Shown here: positions 46,857 to 56,301 of the stretch, piece after piece
Position numbering within the stretch: the stretch's first letter is position 1
How the letters are laid out: the number at the start of each line of letters is the position of its first letter
IMG/VR virus record: IMGVR_UViG_2791355224_000001
Span: 20,216-84,215 of that record
Origin: a virus
Taxonomy: Duplodnaviria; Caudoviricetes
DNA length: 64,000 nucleotides
Reading direction: 5' to 3' (one strand)
Position numbers and translations under genes: made by a program
The notes under the pieces: generated by a model
The model's database searches: none
What the model was told of the DNA's origin: nothing
Seen by the model: the letters and a program-made list of their open reading frames with translations, nothing else

Positions 46857-47072
46857 ATGGCGGTATTTCAATCGAAGTACCGCGAACTCGCCTTCTACGT
46901 TGACGGTCAGCGTTACGCCTTTTCAAGCGGAACCTTTTCGACCGATGACGCGGAGGTAATCGCGGTACTTGAAACAATGACGGATGCAACACGGATCGAC
47001 GCAGATGAACCGAAAGCGGAGGATAAGCCAAAAACAACACGAAAGCCTGCGGGTAATGCCTCCGGAAAATAA
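46857..47072 (+). CDS. Small virion-associated protein
   Basis: AGGAGG SD; directly after the MCP. Confidence 0.7.
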   Translation: MAVFQSKYRELAFYVDGQRYAFSSGTFSTDDAEVIAVLETMTDATRIDADEPKAEDKPKTTRKPAGNASGK

Positions 47073-47086
47073 CGGAGGTGAGCCGC

Positions 47087-47473
47087 ATGGCAATTACGGT
47101 AAACGACGCAGATACGTACATTAACGCAAATTGTATCAATATCGACGATTGGACGGAGTGCGACGTCGCGAAAAAACAACGGATCGTTACGGTCGCAGGA
47201 CGCACACTTACGAACAAATATCCGAAATATAAGATACCTGACGCGGCAGTGTATGAATATGCAAATGAGCTGGCGATCGCTTTTAACGATACGAACGCGT
47301 TACAACAACAAGGCGTGGCGGCATACGGGGTTACCGGAGTCGCCACGTTTACGTTTAAGGACTGGGCGAAGTCCGGTCTTGAAGCGTGGATTCCGGAAGC
47401 TGCGCTAAACCTTATCGGCACAGAAAACGGAGTGAAGATCGGCAAGAAAGCGGCGAAGTGGGTGACGATGTAA
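47087..47473 (+). CDS. Head-tail adaptor protein
   Basis: TVNDADTY; AVYEYA; position. Confidence 0.7.
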   Translation: MAITVNDADTYINANCINIDDWTECDVAKKQRIVTVAGRTLTNKYPKYKIPDAAVYEYANELAIAFNDTNALQQQGVAAYGVTGVATFTFKDWAKSGLEAWIPEAALNLIGTENGVKIGKKAAKWVTM

Positions 47474-47793
47474 TGGCGCTGATTCCGTTAAAACAAACAG
47501 TCACACTTATGAAGCTAACCGGGACCGACCCGGATTACGGTGATCCCGTCTACAGCGATCCCATTGCGCTGAAATGCCGATTTCAAGAAGGCGTTAAGCT
47601 CGTCCGGAATCAGCGCGGAGAAGAAGTGGCCGCTGTCGGAACGTTCTTTTTCGGCGGGCTAATAGACGTTGGTCTTAGCGACACACTTACGCTCACTAAC
47701 GAATTAGGCACGGTTACAACGTACAAGCCAATCGCAATAAGCGTTAAGAGGGCGCTCAGCGGAAAGCCGTTACTAACGGAGGTGGACGTATAA
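47473..47793 (+). CDS. Head closure protein
   Basis: DPDYGDPVY; position; TAATG overlap. Confidence 0.7.
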   Translation: MALIPLKQTVTLMKLTGTDPDYGDPVYSDPIALKCRFQEGVKLVRNQRGEEVAAVGTFFFGGLIDVGLSDTLTLTNELGTVTTYKPIAISVKRALSGKPLLTEVDV

Positions 47794-48204
47794 GTGACTA
47801 AAAAATCTGTAACATTTGATTCTAGTGTTTTAGTAATAACACTAGACAGAACTAAGGGAAAAACGCGCGAGGCTGGGGTAATTGGTATGCAAGACGCAAC
47901 TGACGATTTACTTTTAAAATCACGTGACGAAGCTCCGATGGAAGAAGGTGTTTTGCGATTAACAGCGTTTAGTGAAGTGACTGCTTCTGAAGATAAAGTA
48001 ACCGGCAGCGTCAACTACAGCGCGGTTAACCAGTCTGCTGACGGCAGGCGTTACAATTACGCGCTGCGTACACACGAAATGGGAACTTTTAAGAATCCAT
48101 CCACTCCTGGAACAAAGCCGAAGTATCTCGAACGTCCACTAAAGGCCAATATTAAACGCTATACTCATATGATTTCATCGACCATCCGAAAGGGGTTAGG
48201 TTGA
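47794..48204 (+). CDS. Neck protein (HK97 gp10-like)
   Basis: APMEEGVLR, YALRTHE, KYLERPL. Confidence 0.75.
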   Translation: MTKKSVTFDSSVLVITLDRTKGKTREAGVIGMQDATDDLLLKSRDEAPMEEGVLRLTAFSEVTASEDKVTGSVNYSAVNQSADGRRYNYALRTHEMGTFKNPSTPGTKPKYLERPLKANIKRYTHMISSTIRKGLG

Positions 48205-48581
48205 TGATTGCTGTAGCGGATATTAACGCATACCTCCGGACAATTCCGAATCTCGGCGGCACGCAGTTCGTGGGTAATGAGTTCGCGGCAACAAGTCCGG
48301 ACGATTGTGCGTATACACGGGTTACTGGCGGGTATGCTCCGTCAGAGTGGACGTCAAAAGCGAAGCCGTCGTTCCAGGTCGTATTGCGTACGAAACTGGC
48401 AAGCGTTGCCGAGACGAGAGCCAACGTGCTTTATGCGGACTTACACCGCAAGACCGAGTTTAATTTCGGTCAGACCCGCGTCGTGAAGTGCGTAGCGGAC
48501 CAGTCGGCGCCGCTATACCTCGGGAAAGACGAGAGCGGACGCACACTCTACTCGCTGAATTTTACGATAACCACAATTTAA
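48201..48581 (+). CDS. Tail terminator protein
   Basis: PSFQVVLR; YLGKDESGR..YSLNF. Confidence 0.75.
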   Translation: MMIAVADINAYLRTIPNLGGTQFVGNEFAATSPDDCAYTRVTGGYAPSEWTSKAKPSFQVVLRTKLASVAETRANVLYADLHRKTEFNFGQTRVVKCVADQSAPLYLGKDESGRTLYSLNFTITTI

Positions 48582-48649
48582 TATACGCAGATAACGGGGC
48601 TGCCTTCGGGCGGCCTTTTTGTCGTGCGCAAAATAGGAGGAACGCTTTA

Positions 48650-49183
48650 ATGGCGCAAAATATTGAGAAGATCGAGCTCGGGCCGGCGATCGTCGAGTAC
48701 GGCGAGGGGGCGGACAAAGTCGTATTTGAAACGACTGTCGGCGGTATTAACCTGCAGGTCGAAACGACGTATCGCGAACAGAAGACGGACCAGACCGGTG
48801 AGACCATCGTATCCAAGCGTATCACCGGCCGTAACGTTTCCGTAGAAGTTCCGTTCGCGGAGTATCAACTCGAAACAATCCCGAAAATCATGGTCGGAGC
48901 TGAGGCGGTAACAAGCGGGGGGAAAACGAAAATTAACGTCAAAACAGGCGTCGGACTGGACCTTATCTCGGCCGCGAAGAAGGTCGTTATCAAGCCAGTA
49001 GCTCACAAGACGAACGCAGACTTTTGGGTCACGCTGCCTCTCGCATTCCCAGAAACGGACCTCCAATACAATTACAACAACGATAACGAGCGGATCACTA
49101 AAGTGGTTCTTCGCTCGACTCCGGATGTGGATAACGTGGTCGCTATTTTGGGCGACGAGAGTATCAAGTCTACTACACCTTAA
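48650..49183 (+). CDS. Major tail tube protein
   Basis: AGGAGG SD before ATG 48650; IELGPA; position before the chaperones. Confidence 0.8.
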   Translation: MAQNIEKIELGPAIVEYGEGADKVVFETTVGGINLQVETTYREQKTDQTGETIVSKRITGRNVSVEVPFAEYQLETIPKIMVGAEAVTSGGKTKINVKTGVGLDLISAAKKVVIKPVAHKTNADFWVTLPLAFPETDLQYNYNNDNERITKVVLRSTPDVDNVVAILGDESIKSTTP

Positions 49184-49235
49184 CTTACCGGGCGGGCTTC
49201 GGCTCGCCTTTACTTTTTAATAAGGGGCGAAAATA

Positions 49236-49640
49236 ATGCGCAATTTGCGAGAAGCTTTTTTGCGTTCAGATACAGTGAAAATCGGCGGAAAATCCGTCAA
49301 GGTCAGTAAAATTACCATCGCACAGTGGCGTGAGCTATTAAGTGTGATCCACGCACTGCCGCAGCTATTAATCACGGTCATGACTGCAGCTCCGGAAGAT
49401 AGACTTCCTTACTTTCTCGTTGCGATTGAGAAGTCGCTAACTGACGTGGTGAACGTTGTATCCGTTTTGACCGAGTTAGACGCGGAGTGGATAGAGAATA
49501 ACGCCGGCGTTGACGAACTGGTTGCGTATTTTGTGGCGGTAGCAAAGGCTAATAACTTCGGAGAACTCCTAAAAAACGGACAGAGCGCTCTGAACCTAGC
49601 GAAGCCGGTAACGGAAGTAACGGATCAGGGCGCAGCATAA
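49236..49640 (+). CDS. Tail assembly chaperone (gpG-like)
   Basis: Between tube and TMP; contains slippery A AAA AAC at 49571-49577. Confidence 0.85.
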   Translation: MRNLREAFLRSDTVKIGGKSVKVSKITIAQWRELLSVIHALPQLLITVMTAAPEDRLPYFLVAIEKSLTDVVNVVSVLTELDAEWIENNAGVDELVAYFVAVAKANNFGELLKNGQSALNLAKPVTEVTDQGAA

Positions 49641-49942
49641 CAATTGATGACTACCTTCTCGAATGCGCAGTCCGGCTCGGTAAAACGCAGATTGAGTTCG
49701 AACACGGGTACTACGTAATGGACCTACTCGACGTGATGGATGCACTAAAGCGTGTTAATGCGCAAGATACGCTTTCCGATCTAAACGTTGCGGTCATGTC
49801 CGGCACTACGGACGTGGACGGATTCAAGCGATTTGCTGGCGAGCTACAGAAACAAGCGGGGTACGGTTCGGAGCCTAGCACGAATCAGTTCGACCAGGCC
49901 GGATTTGAACGGATGAAAATGAAATTAAAGCTTGGAATTTAG
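49571..49942 (+). CDS. Tail chaperone -1 frameshift extension (gpGT-like)
   Basis: -1 frame open from the heptamer to the stop at 49942; ATG 49718 has no SD. Confidence 0.8.
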   Translation, partial: KKRTERSEPSEAGNGSNGSGRSITIDDYLLECAVRLGKTQIEFEHGYYVMDLLDVMDALKRVNAQDTLSDLNVAVMSGTTDVDGFKRFAGELQKQAGYGSEPSTNQFDQAGFERMKMKLKLGI

Positions 49943-49989
49943 CGCCTTTAACGGGGCGCTTTTTATTTTGCCCGGAAAGGAGTGAAACG

Positions 49990-50580
49990 GTGAGCGATAC
50001 AGTTGATATTGGAGCCATCAGGGCACGGATTGATTTAGATATCTCACAGTTTAACAAGGGTGTAGACACAGCTAAGAGTAAACTGACAGGACTGGACAGC
50101 TCCGCAGAGGAGGTGAACAAGTCATTTGGTTTGCTTAAAGCAAGGATGGCCGAACTCGGCGCATCTTCTGCGCAGATCGATAAGATAAACGCCGCGATTC
50201 GAAAGGCTAATCCGGAGATCCTACGTAAACAGATCGCCGAGGTAACTGACGAGATGCGGAAGCTAGGTCTATCCTCTACGGAGATCAATAAGGTAACGCA
50301 AGAATTACAGCGGAGCGCAACCGGGGCATCGATGGCGTCGCGAGAAGTTAAAGCGCTCGCCCTAGCTTACGCAGGACTCGCAGCGGGTATGGCGGCAATT
50401 ATCGCGAAATCGGTCCAAACAAGCGCACAGTTCGAGCAGGCGATGGCTAACGTTAAGGCCATTTCGGAAGCGACCGGTAAGGAGTTCGAACAACTACGTA
50501 AGCAGGCGATTGACCTCGGGGCGGCAACGGTATTTAGTGCGGCACAAGCGGCCGACGCACAGGCTAATTTAGCACAGGCT
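49990..50580 (+). CDS. Tape measure protein, exon 1
   Basis: FEQAMANVKAIS...TVFSAAQAADAQANLAQA ends at the 5' splice site. Confidence 0.9.
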
Positions 50581-51638
50581 TAAATTCGGGCCAGTTCGAT
50601 GGAAACGTCGTCCTAAAAATACTCAGTGAACTCGGTGAAAGCTAATCCTTCCAGCGCGCATCAATTTAGCACAGGCGGTGACAGTTTGAATAAAAACTGC
50701 GACGGTTGCGGAAAATCGATACGCGTATCCAAATATAAACTAAGGAATCAAAAGTACCATTTCTGTAATAAAGATTGCTATAAATCCAATATAGGAAGAT
50801 TCTTTAAAGGCAGTCATAATCCCAATTATGATCGAGTAGAGTGCGTTTGTGAAAATTGTGGAGAGAAGTTCCTTCGCAAGCCATCGCAAATTCGCGGAAA
50901 AAGAAGTTACTGCGGGAATGCTTGCCGAATCGAATCCCTTGTTCGTACTCCTAACACACCCAAGATAAGAATCTCCCGTGCCTGCGATTATTGCGGGAAA
51001 GTAGTAGAGAGGACTCCTTCTCAATTAGCGGGTAAAAAGAACATCTACTGCTCAATGATGTGCAAGGATGCGCATGCCTCTATGATTTATAGTGGTAAAA
51101 ACCACCCCTGCTATAACCCCGATATCACGGATGAGGAGCGTATTTCAAAACGGAAATTTCCTGAGTATTTACTGTGGAGGGGTGATGTGTTTCTCAGGGA
51201 CTCTTATACGTGTACTTGTTGTGGAGACGCTAGGGGCGGAAACTTAACAGCACATCATATTTTTAATTATTCAGAACATCCACACTTAAGGTTAAGTGTG
51301 TATAATGGGGTAACGATGTGCGTTGACTGCCATAAAAAATTCCACGATACCTTCGGATACACTAAAAATAATCTCGATCAACTTATAGAATTTTTCAGAG
51401 AGTGCGGCGGGGACGTCAGCACTCTCTTTGCGTTGGAAGGAACGCTAATACCGAGCCAAGCCTGCTAGGAAACTACAGGAAGGTGTAGAGACTAGGCGGA
51501 TTACCCTAAACCTCTTTGGCATGGGGAAACGCCCACGAGCGCTGAGCACCCTAACGTTATTTACGCGGGTGAAGATATAGTCCGATACTCCGGAGAAATC
51601 CGGAGAGCTAAGGATAAAGAGCCTTAGTGTAACAATTG
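50581..51638 (+). mobile_element. Group I self-splicing intron (1058 nt)
   Basis: U before the 5' site, terminal G; P1, P2, P3, P4, P5, P6, P7 (GACTA/TAGTC), P8, P9, P10 all pair; splicing restores LAQA-GFKTNEIL. Confidence 0.95.
50686..51468 (+). CDS. Intron-encoded HNH homing endonuclease with three Zn-ribbon repeats
   Basis: 3x CxxCG...CxxxC, then CTCC...AHHI...NGVTMCVDCHKKFH; AGGCGGTG SD before TTG 50686. Confidence 0.9.
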   Translation: MNKNCDGCGKSIRVSKYKLRNQKYHFCNKDCYKSNIGRFFKGSHNPNYDRVECVCENCGEKFLRKPSQIRGKRSYCGNACRIESLVRTPNTPKIRISRACDYCGKVVERTPSQLAGKKNIYCSMMCKDAHASMIYSGKNHPCYNPDITDEERISKRKFPEYLLWRGDVFLRDSYTCTCCGDARGGNLTAHHIFNYSEHPHLRLSVYNGVTMCVDCHKKFHDTFGYTKNNLDQLIEFFRECGGDVSTLFALEGTLIPSQAC

Positions 51639-54600
51639 GGATTTAAAACGAACGAGATTCTCGCGGCTATGCCCGGAGTACTATCGTTGGCAGCAGCGGG
51701 ACAAGTAGACCTCGCAACGACTGCGGACATTGCGTCGAGTATATTGCGCGGATTCGGACTCGCCGCAACGGAAACCTCACGAGTAGTAGACGTGCTTGCA
51801 AAGTCGAGCATCGACACGAATTCGGGCGTTACGGACCTGGGATATGCCATGAAATATGTCGCGCCTGTTGCAGCGAATATGGGCGTAAGTATCGAAGAAG
51901 CCACCGCAGCTGTCGGCGAACTCAGTAACGCCGGTATTAAAGGCGAAATGGCCGGGACACAACTTCGCGCTATCTTACTCGCGCTTGCCTCTCCGTCCAA
52001 AGAAGCGGCGGCTTATATGGATAAGCTCGGCATTAGTATTAAGGACAGCGCGGGCAACATTAAACCACTCAGCACGATCGTTGGTGATCTCCAAAAAGCA
52101 TACGGAAGACTTACGCAGGCTCAGCAGGCAGACGTAGCCGCAACGCTAGTCGGACGCGAAGCAGCCTCGGGGTTTATTACGCTAATCAATAACGGCAAGA
52201 CCACTCTCGACAACTATACGGCATCCCTACGAAACGCGGGCGGAACGGCAGAGCGGGTGGCCGGTACGCAAATGGACACGCTCAAGGGCGCAACGGATAA
52301 CTTGTCCTCGGCGCTAGAGTCCGTCGGTATCACAGTTGGCGATAAGCTTGCGCCAGCTATTCGATCGGTCGCTGAGTTTATTACGAATTTGCTAACGGGA
52401 TTTACGAATCTTAGTGCACCATTGCAGTCCGCGATAGTTGCGTTTGGTATGGCTACCGCAGGCGTGCTCGGACTTGTAGCGGCAGTTGGGGCGCTTACCA
52501 TCGCATTCAACGCCCTAAACGTTAGCTTTCCGATATTGGGTGCGGTCGCATTAGCTGTCGGTGCAGTTACAGCGGGCATAACAGCACTCATTTCCAGCAA
52601 CAACGAGGCGGCGGAGGCAACAAAGAAACACGACGAAGCACAACAGTCTCTAAACGAGACGTTGAATAAATCACCTCTAAAAAACTCGGTGGCAGATTTG
52701 GAAAACCTCCGGCAGAAGAGCGATGAGCTTAACGGTGTCCTTAATGAACGCGCTAAGTTGGAGAACCGATTGGCGCAAATTAAAGCGGCAGGGGAGCGTG
52801 GGGAAGGTAGCCCGGCGATGCTATCTGAGGCAATGGACATCAACGATGCACTAGAAGAGATGGACGATAAGCTTCGGACAATGGGTTACGATGGCGTTGA
52901 CCAAGCCAAAGAGAAACTAAAAGAAATGAAGGACACCGTTGACCAATCCGTGCCGGCCTTATTGGAAATGAAAAACGCCGAAATCGCGGACCTGGCTGCT
53001 AAAAACGAAAAGGTTAAGTCTATGGAGGCGCTTTTTGCGCGCTACAAGGACCTGTCCTCCGCACAATCTCTTAATGCCGCGCAGGAACAAGAACTCGCGG
53101 GCATTGTTGAACAGCTACGTAAACAGTATCCGGACTTAATTCAGAAACTCGACGCTACGAATCGGATGCGTATCCAAAACGTCGACACTATCGGACAACA
53201 AATTAAGGCCGACCGCGACTTTGTTACGAACTCGGCGTCGAGTATGCAGACGTATATTGATAACCTCATTAAAACTACGGAAGCGCAAAGAGCCGCAGTT
53301 GAGGCACAGATAAAAAACTATGCGGCTTTATTAAGTGCCATCCGTGCGGTCGAATCTGCAAAACCCGGTCCACAGAAAAGTACGCCGGCAACAAGCGGAG
53401 GTCTTGCTCAATACATGAGTGGTTCGGATAAGGCTTTTTTAAACGCGCGGTATGAGGGGATGAAGAAGTCTACCGAAAAAGGGAATCAGGAAGCCTATGA
53501 CCAGTTGCTTGTTCTGGAGCAGACTGAGCAAGAGTTAAAACGGAAAAAGGACAGCCTTTCCTCGGGGAATTTCGGCAACATAAAGACCGGCAAGGGCGTC
53601 GATCTCTCAACGCCTAAAAAAGCGAAAACGGGGAAGGAGAAGAAACCGAAGGCCGGAAAGTCCGCGGCAGAACTGGCGGAGGAAGCCGCAAAGAAAGCGT
53701 ACGACGCAGATATCGCAACAGTTCGTTACAAGGCGGAAATGTACGATTGGTCTGCGGATCAACAAATTGCTGCGTACAAAAAGGTACAGGCTGCGCATAA
53801 GGCGTACTTAGCCACGCACCTCGAAGATGAGCGTACGATGAATCTGCAGCTCAAGCGGCTCGCGGAGGATAGCGCAAAGGCTAGGTACGATTTCTCTGCG
53901 GAATGGATCGCGAAGGATCAGCGCCGTATGGAAGAGGCCGGCAAGTCTGACGTAGAGATGGCTCAAGCTCGACTTGACGCGTGGACTCGCGTTCTTAAGC
54001 GCTATAAGAAAGACTCGGACGAATATAAGCAGGCGGACGAAGAAGTGTACAAGGCCCGCAAAGACCTGGCCAACGCTCAGAATAACGAAGCGAAACGCCA
54101 GTACGACGCCTCATCCGACTGGATCGACGCTGAAGAACGCCGGATGCAGGACGCCGGCAAGTCTGAACAGGAAATTGCGCAAATGAAGCTAGAAGCGTGG
54201 ACGCGGGTCCGCAATCGCTATACGAAGGACTCCGAACTCTATAAACGTGCGGACGACGAAATGTATAAGGGCCGAAAGGACCTTACGGAGAAATCTACGA
54301 AGCTGGCGGAGGATCTCGTTAAGAAGGAAAAGGCTGCGATTGATCGCGCTAAGAAAGCGGATTTGGATGCGATTGAGGAACGCAAAAAGGCGTTCATTGA
54401 CGCCCAAGACGCGAAGATCAGGGCGATCGAGGAGCAGATAGCGAAGGAAGCGGAGCTAAATATCGATGCCGATTACGAGACGCAGCTCGCCGAGAAACAA
54501 GCACGCGCCGATTTACTTTCCTCCGCCGTCGGTCCGGAAGGCATCCAGGAGCGAGAAGACACGCTGAAAGAAATCGAGCGTATGAAGCTCGAACATGCCC

Positions 54601-55340
54601 GCGATCTCCGTAAACGCGAACTCGAATCGCAAAAGGATGCGCTTCAGGATGAAAAAGACACGAAATCGAAGGCGTTTGATGCGGAGAAGGACGCGACGGC
54701 CGCTCAGTACGAATCGTTGGCGCAAGCCTTCGAAAGCTATTCCGGAGACATTAAAACGATCGAGGCCGCTATCTCTACGTTCCGCGTTAATCAAAGCGCA
54801 ACAGCTAACGCTCAGATACTCGCAGAGCTTGATACGTTTGTGTCGCAATACAACGCGAAGATGGCGACAATTGCGGCAACCAAAGCGGACACATCTCGCG
54901 CCGATGACCTGGCGGAGTATAACGCAAATAAGGACGCGTGGACAGCGGCCAAAGCGCGGGGAGACTCGGCGGAAATGGCGCGGCTGGCGGCTCGCAACGA
55001 GGCTATCCGTAAGCAATACGGGATCACGCAAGACACCGGTAAGCTGCAGTCATTTAGCGCAGGGGGTATCGTACAGGGACAGCGCGGAGCAGCCGTTCCG
55101 GTCATCGCTCATGCGGGCGAGATCGTACTTAATCCGCAGCAACAAGCAACGCTATGGGCGACTTTAAGCGGCGGTCCATCGTTAGCCCCGTCTACAACTA
55201 CACCGGCGCAGTCTATCGTTAACCATATCGATATGAGCGTGAATGACGTGGCGCTGACCGATAAGGCCGATATCGAAACGCTTTATAGCGAGCGCGAACG
55301 GGTAGCTGCCCGGATACAGGCGCAAGGGGTGAAACTATGA
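51639..55340 (+). CDS. Tape measure protein, exon 2 (spliced product about 1430 aa)
   Basis: TP901-type core (MKYVAPVA, AGIKGEMAGTQLR), TM segments, long coiled coil. Confidence 0.92.
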   Translation, partial: GFKTNEILAAMPGVLSLAAAGQVDLATTADIASSILRGFGLAATETSRVVDVLAKSSIDTNSGVTDLGYAMKYVAPVAANMGVSIEEATAAVGELSNAGIKGEMAGTQLRAILLALASPSKEAAAYMDKLGISIKDSAGNIKPLSTIVGDLQKAYGRLTQAQQADVAATLVGREAASGFITLINNGKTTLDNYTASLRNAGGTAERVAGTQMDTLKGATDNLSSALESVGITVGDKLAPAIRSVAEFITNLLTGFTNLSAPLQSAIVAFGMATAGVLGLVAAVGALTIAFNALNVSFPILGAVALAVGAVTAGITALISSNNEAAEATKKHDEAQQSLNETLNKSPLKNSVADLENLRQKSDELNGVLNERAKLENRLAQIKAAGERGEGSPAMLSEAMDINDALEEMDDKLRTMGYDGVDQAKEKLKEMKDTVDQSVPALLEMKNAEIADLAAKNEKVKSMEALFARYKDLSSAQSLNAAQEQELAGIVEQLRKQYPDLIQKLDATNRMRIQNVDTIGQQIKADRDFVTNSASSMQTYIDNLIKTTEAQRAAVEAQIKNYAALLSAIRAVESAKPGPQKSTPATSGGLAQYMSGSDKAFLNARYEGMKKSTEKGNQEAYDQLLVLEQTEQELKRKKDSLSSGNFGNIKTGKGVDLSTPKKAKTGKEKKPKAGKSAAELAEEAAKKAYDADIATVRYKAEMYDWSADQQIAAYKKVQAAHKAYLATHLEDERTMNLQLKRLAEDSAKARYDFSAEWIAKDQRRMEEAGKSDVEMAQARLDAWTRVLKRYKKDSDEYKQADEEVYKARKDLANAQNNEAKRQYDASSDWIDAEERRMQDAGKSEQEIAQMKLEAWTRVRNRYTKDSELYKRADDEMYKGRKDLTEKSTKLAEDLVKKEKAAIDRAKKADLDAIEERKKAFIDAQDAKIRAIEEQIAKEAELNIDADYETQLAEKQARADLLSSAVGPEGIQEREDTLKEIERMKLEHARDLRKRELESQKDALQDEKDTKSKAFDAEKDATAAQYESLAQAFESYSGDIKTIEAAISTFRVNQSATANAQILAELDTFVSQYNAKMATIAATKADTSRADDLAEYNANKDAWTAAKARGDSAEMARLAARNEAIRKQYGITQDTGKLQSFSAGGIVQGQRGAAVPVIAHAGEIVLNPQQQATLWATLSGGPSLAPSTTTPAQSIVNHIDMSVNDVALTDKADIETLYSERERVAARIQAQGVKL

Positions 55341-55888
55341 TTTACGACGTGTGCGTAAACGGAACATGGATATCGACATTAGGCGCTTCTCTTTTTGAGA
55401 GGCGTCTTCCTATTTTGCCCGGCGAAGAAGAGAACACGGTGCGGCTCGCGGGAGTGGACGGCGTAGTCGATTTCGGCGGTTCCTACGGTAGTCGGCCGAT
55501 TGAGCTGACGTTAGAAATTACGGCGGGACCGGCGGAGTTTCACCGCACGTTGGCCCGGCTCGCCCGTTTATTTAACGCTAATCGATCGGAGATGACGCTA
55601 GAGTTTTCGGATATGCCCGGCAAGTATTATCGCGCGTGTTATGCGGGGACATTGGCGCTAGATTCGCAGATAGGTTCGCGGCTTGTCAACGTCAGCTTGC
55701 GCATGAACGATCCGTGGCCGACCGGTCCGGAGCGTGTTACGGAACTAACTATTACGCAATCACCGCAAGTGATTAGCGTTGAGTCTGCGGCGGATGTGCG
55801 GGCGCAGCCGGTTATTACGCTGACGAACACCGGGGCGAGTACAGTCCGACGATTTGCGATAAAAAATGAATATTTACTGGAAGGGTGA
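55337..55888 (+). CDS. Distal tail protein (Dit), N-terminal part
   Basis: LAGVDG, YGSRPIEL, LEFSDMPGKYY, MNDPW, PVITLTN. Confidence 0.8.
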   Translation: MIYDVCVNGTWISTLGASLFERRLPILPGEEENTVRLAGVDGVVDFGGSYGSRPIELTLEITAGPAEFHRTLARLARLFNANRSEMTLEFSDMPGKYYRACYAGTLALDSQIGSRLVNVSLRMNDPWPTGPERVTELTITQSPQVISVESAADVRAQPVITLTNTGASTVRRFAIKNEYLLEG

Positions 55889-55893
55889 ACTAA

Positions 55894-56289
55894 ATGAACG
55901 TATCCAACTATCTCGCCAAGGCATTACTCAACGAGACGTTTCGCGGCATTGAATATGTTAAACCGGATACCGTATATATGGCGCTATACACGTCCAATCC
56001 CACGGCAGCCGACACGGGCCGGGAAGTTACAGGTGGGGCATATGCGCGGCAGACGTTAACATTCGCGGCTCCTACGGTTGAGAGCGGAAGGCAGACGATT
56101 AAGAACAGCGCAGATATTCAGTTCCCGGTTGCTACCGCAGATTGGGGCACAGTGACACACATGGGCATACGGGACGCGGCTACGGGCGGGAACTTGCTAT
56201 ATTACGGACCGTTGGACAGCCCGCGAAGCATCCTTACAAATGACCGATTTAAGATGCTGGCAAACTCCGCTGTATTGACACTGAGTTAA
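55894..56289 (+). CDS. Tail tip/fibre-associated structural protein
   Basis: YMALYTSNPT, EVTGGAYARQ, WGTVTHMGIRDAATGGNLL. Confidence 0.75.
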   Translation: MNVSNYLAKALLNETFRGIEYVKPDTVYMALYTSNPTAADTGREVTGGAYARQTLTFAAPTVESGRQTIKNSADIQFPVATADWGTVTHMGIRDAATGGNLLYYGPLDSPRSILTNDRFKMLANSAVLTLS

Positions 56290-56301
56290 GGAGGCAATTA
56301 G

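Noticed and set aside
50626-50685. GTG start for the HNH ORF
   Set aside because: Lies in intron P3/P4 with no SD; TTG 50686 has an SD.
51636-51638. TTG start for a separate TMP C-terminal gene
   Set aside because: No SD; the G is the intron's terminal nucleotide.
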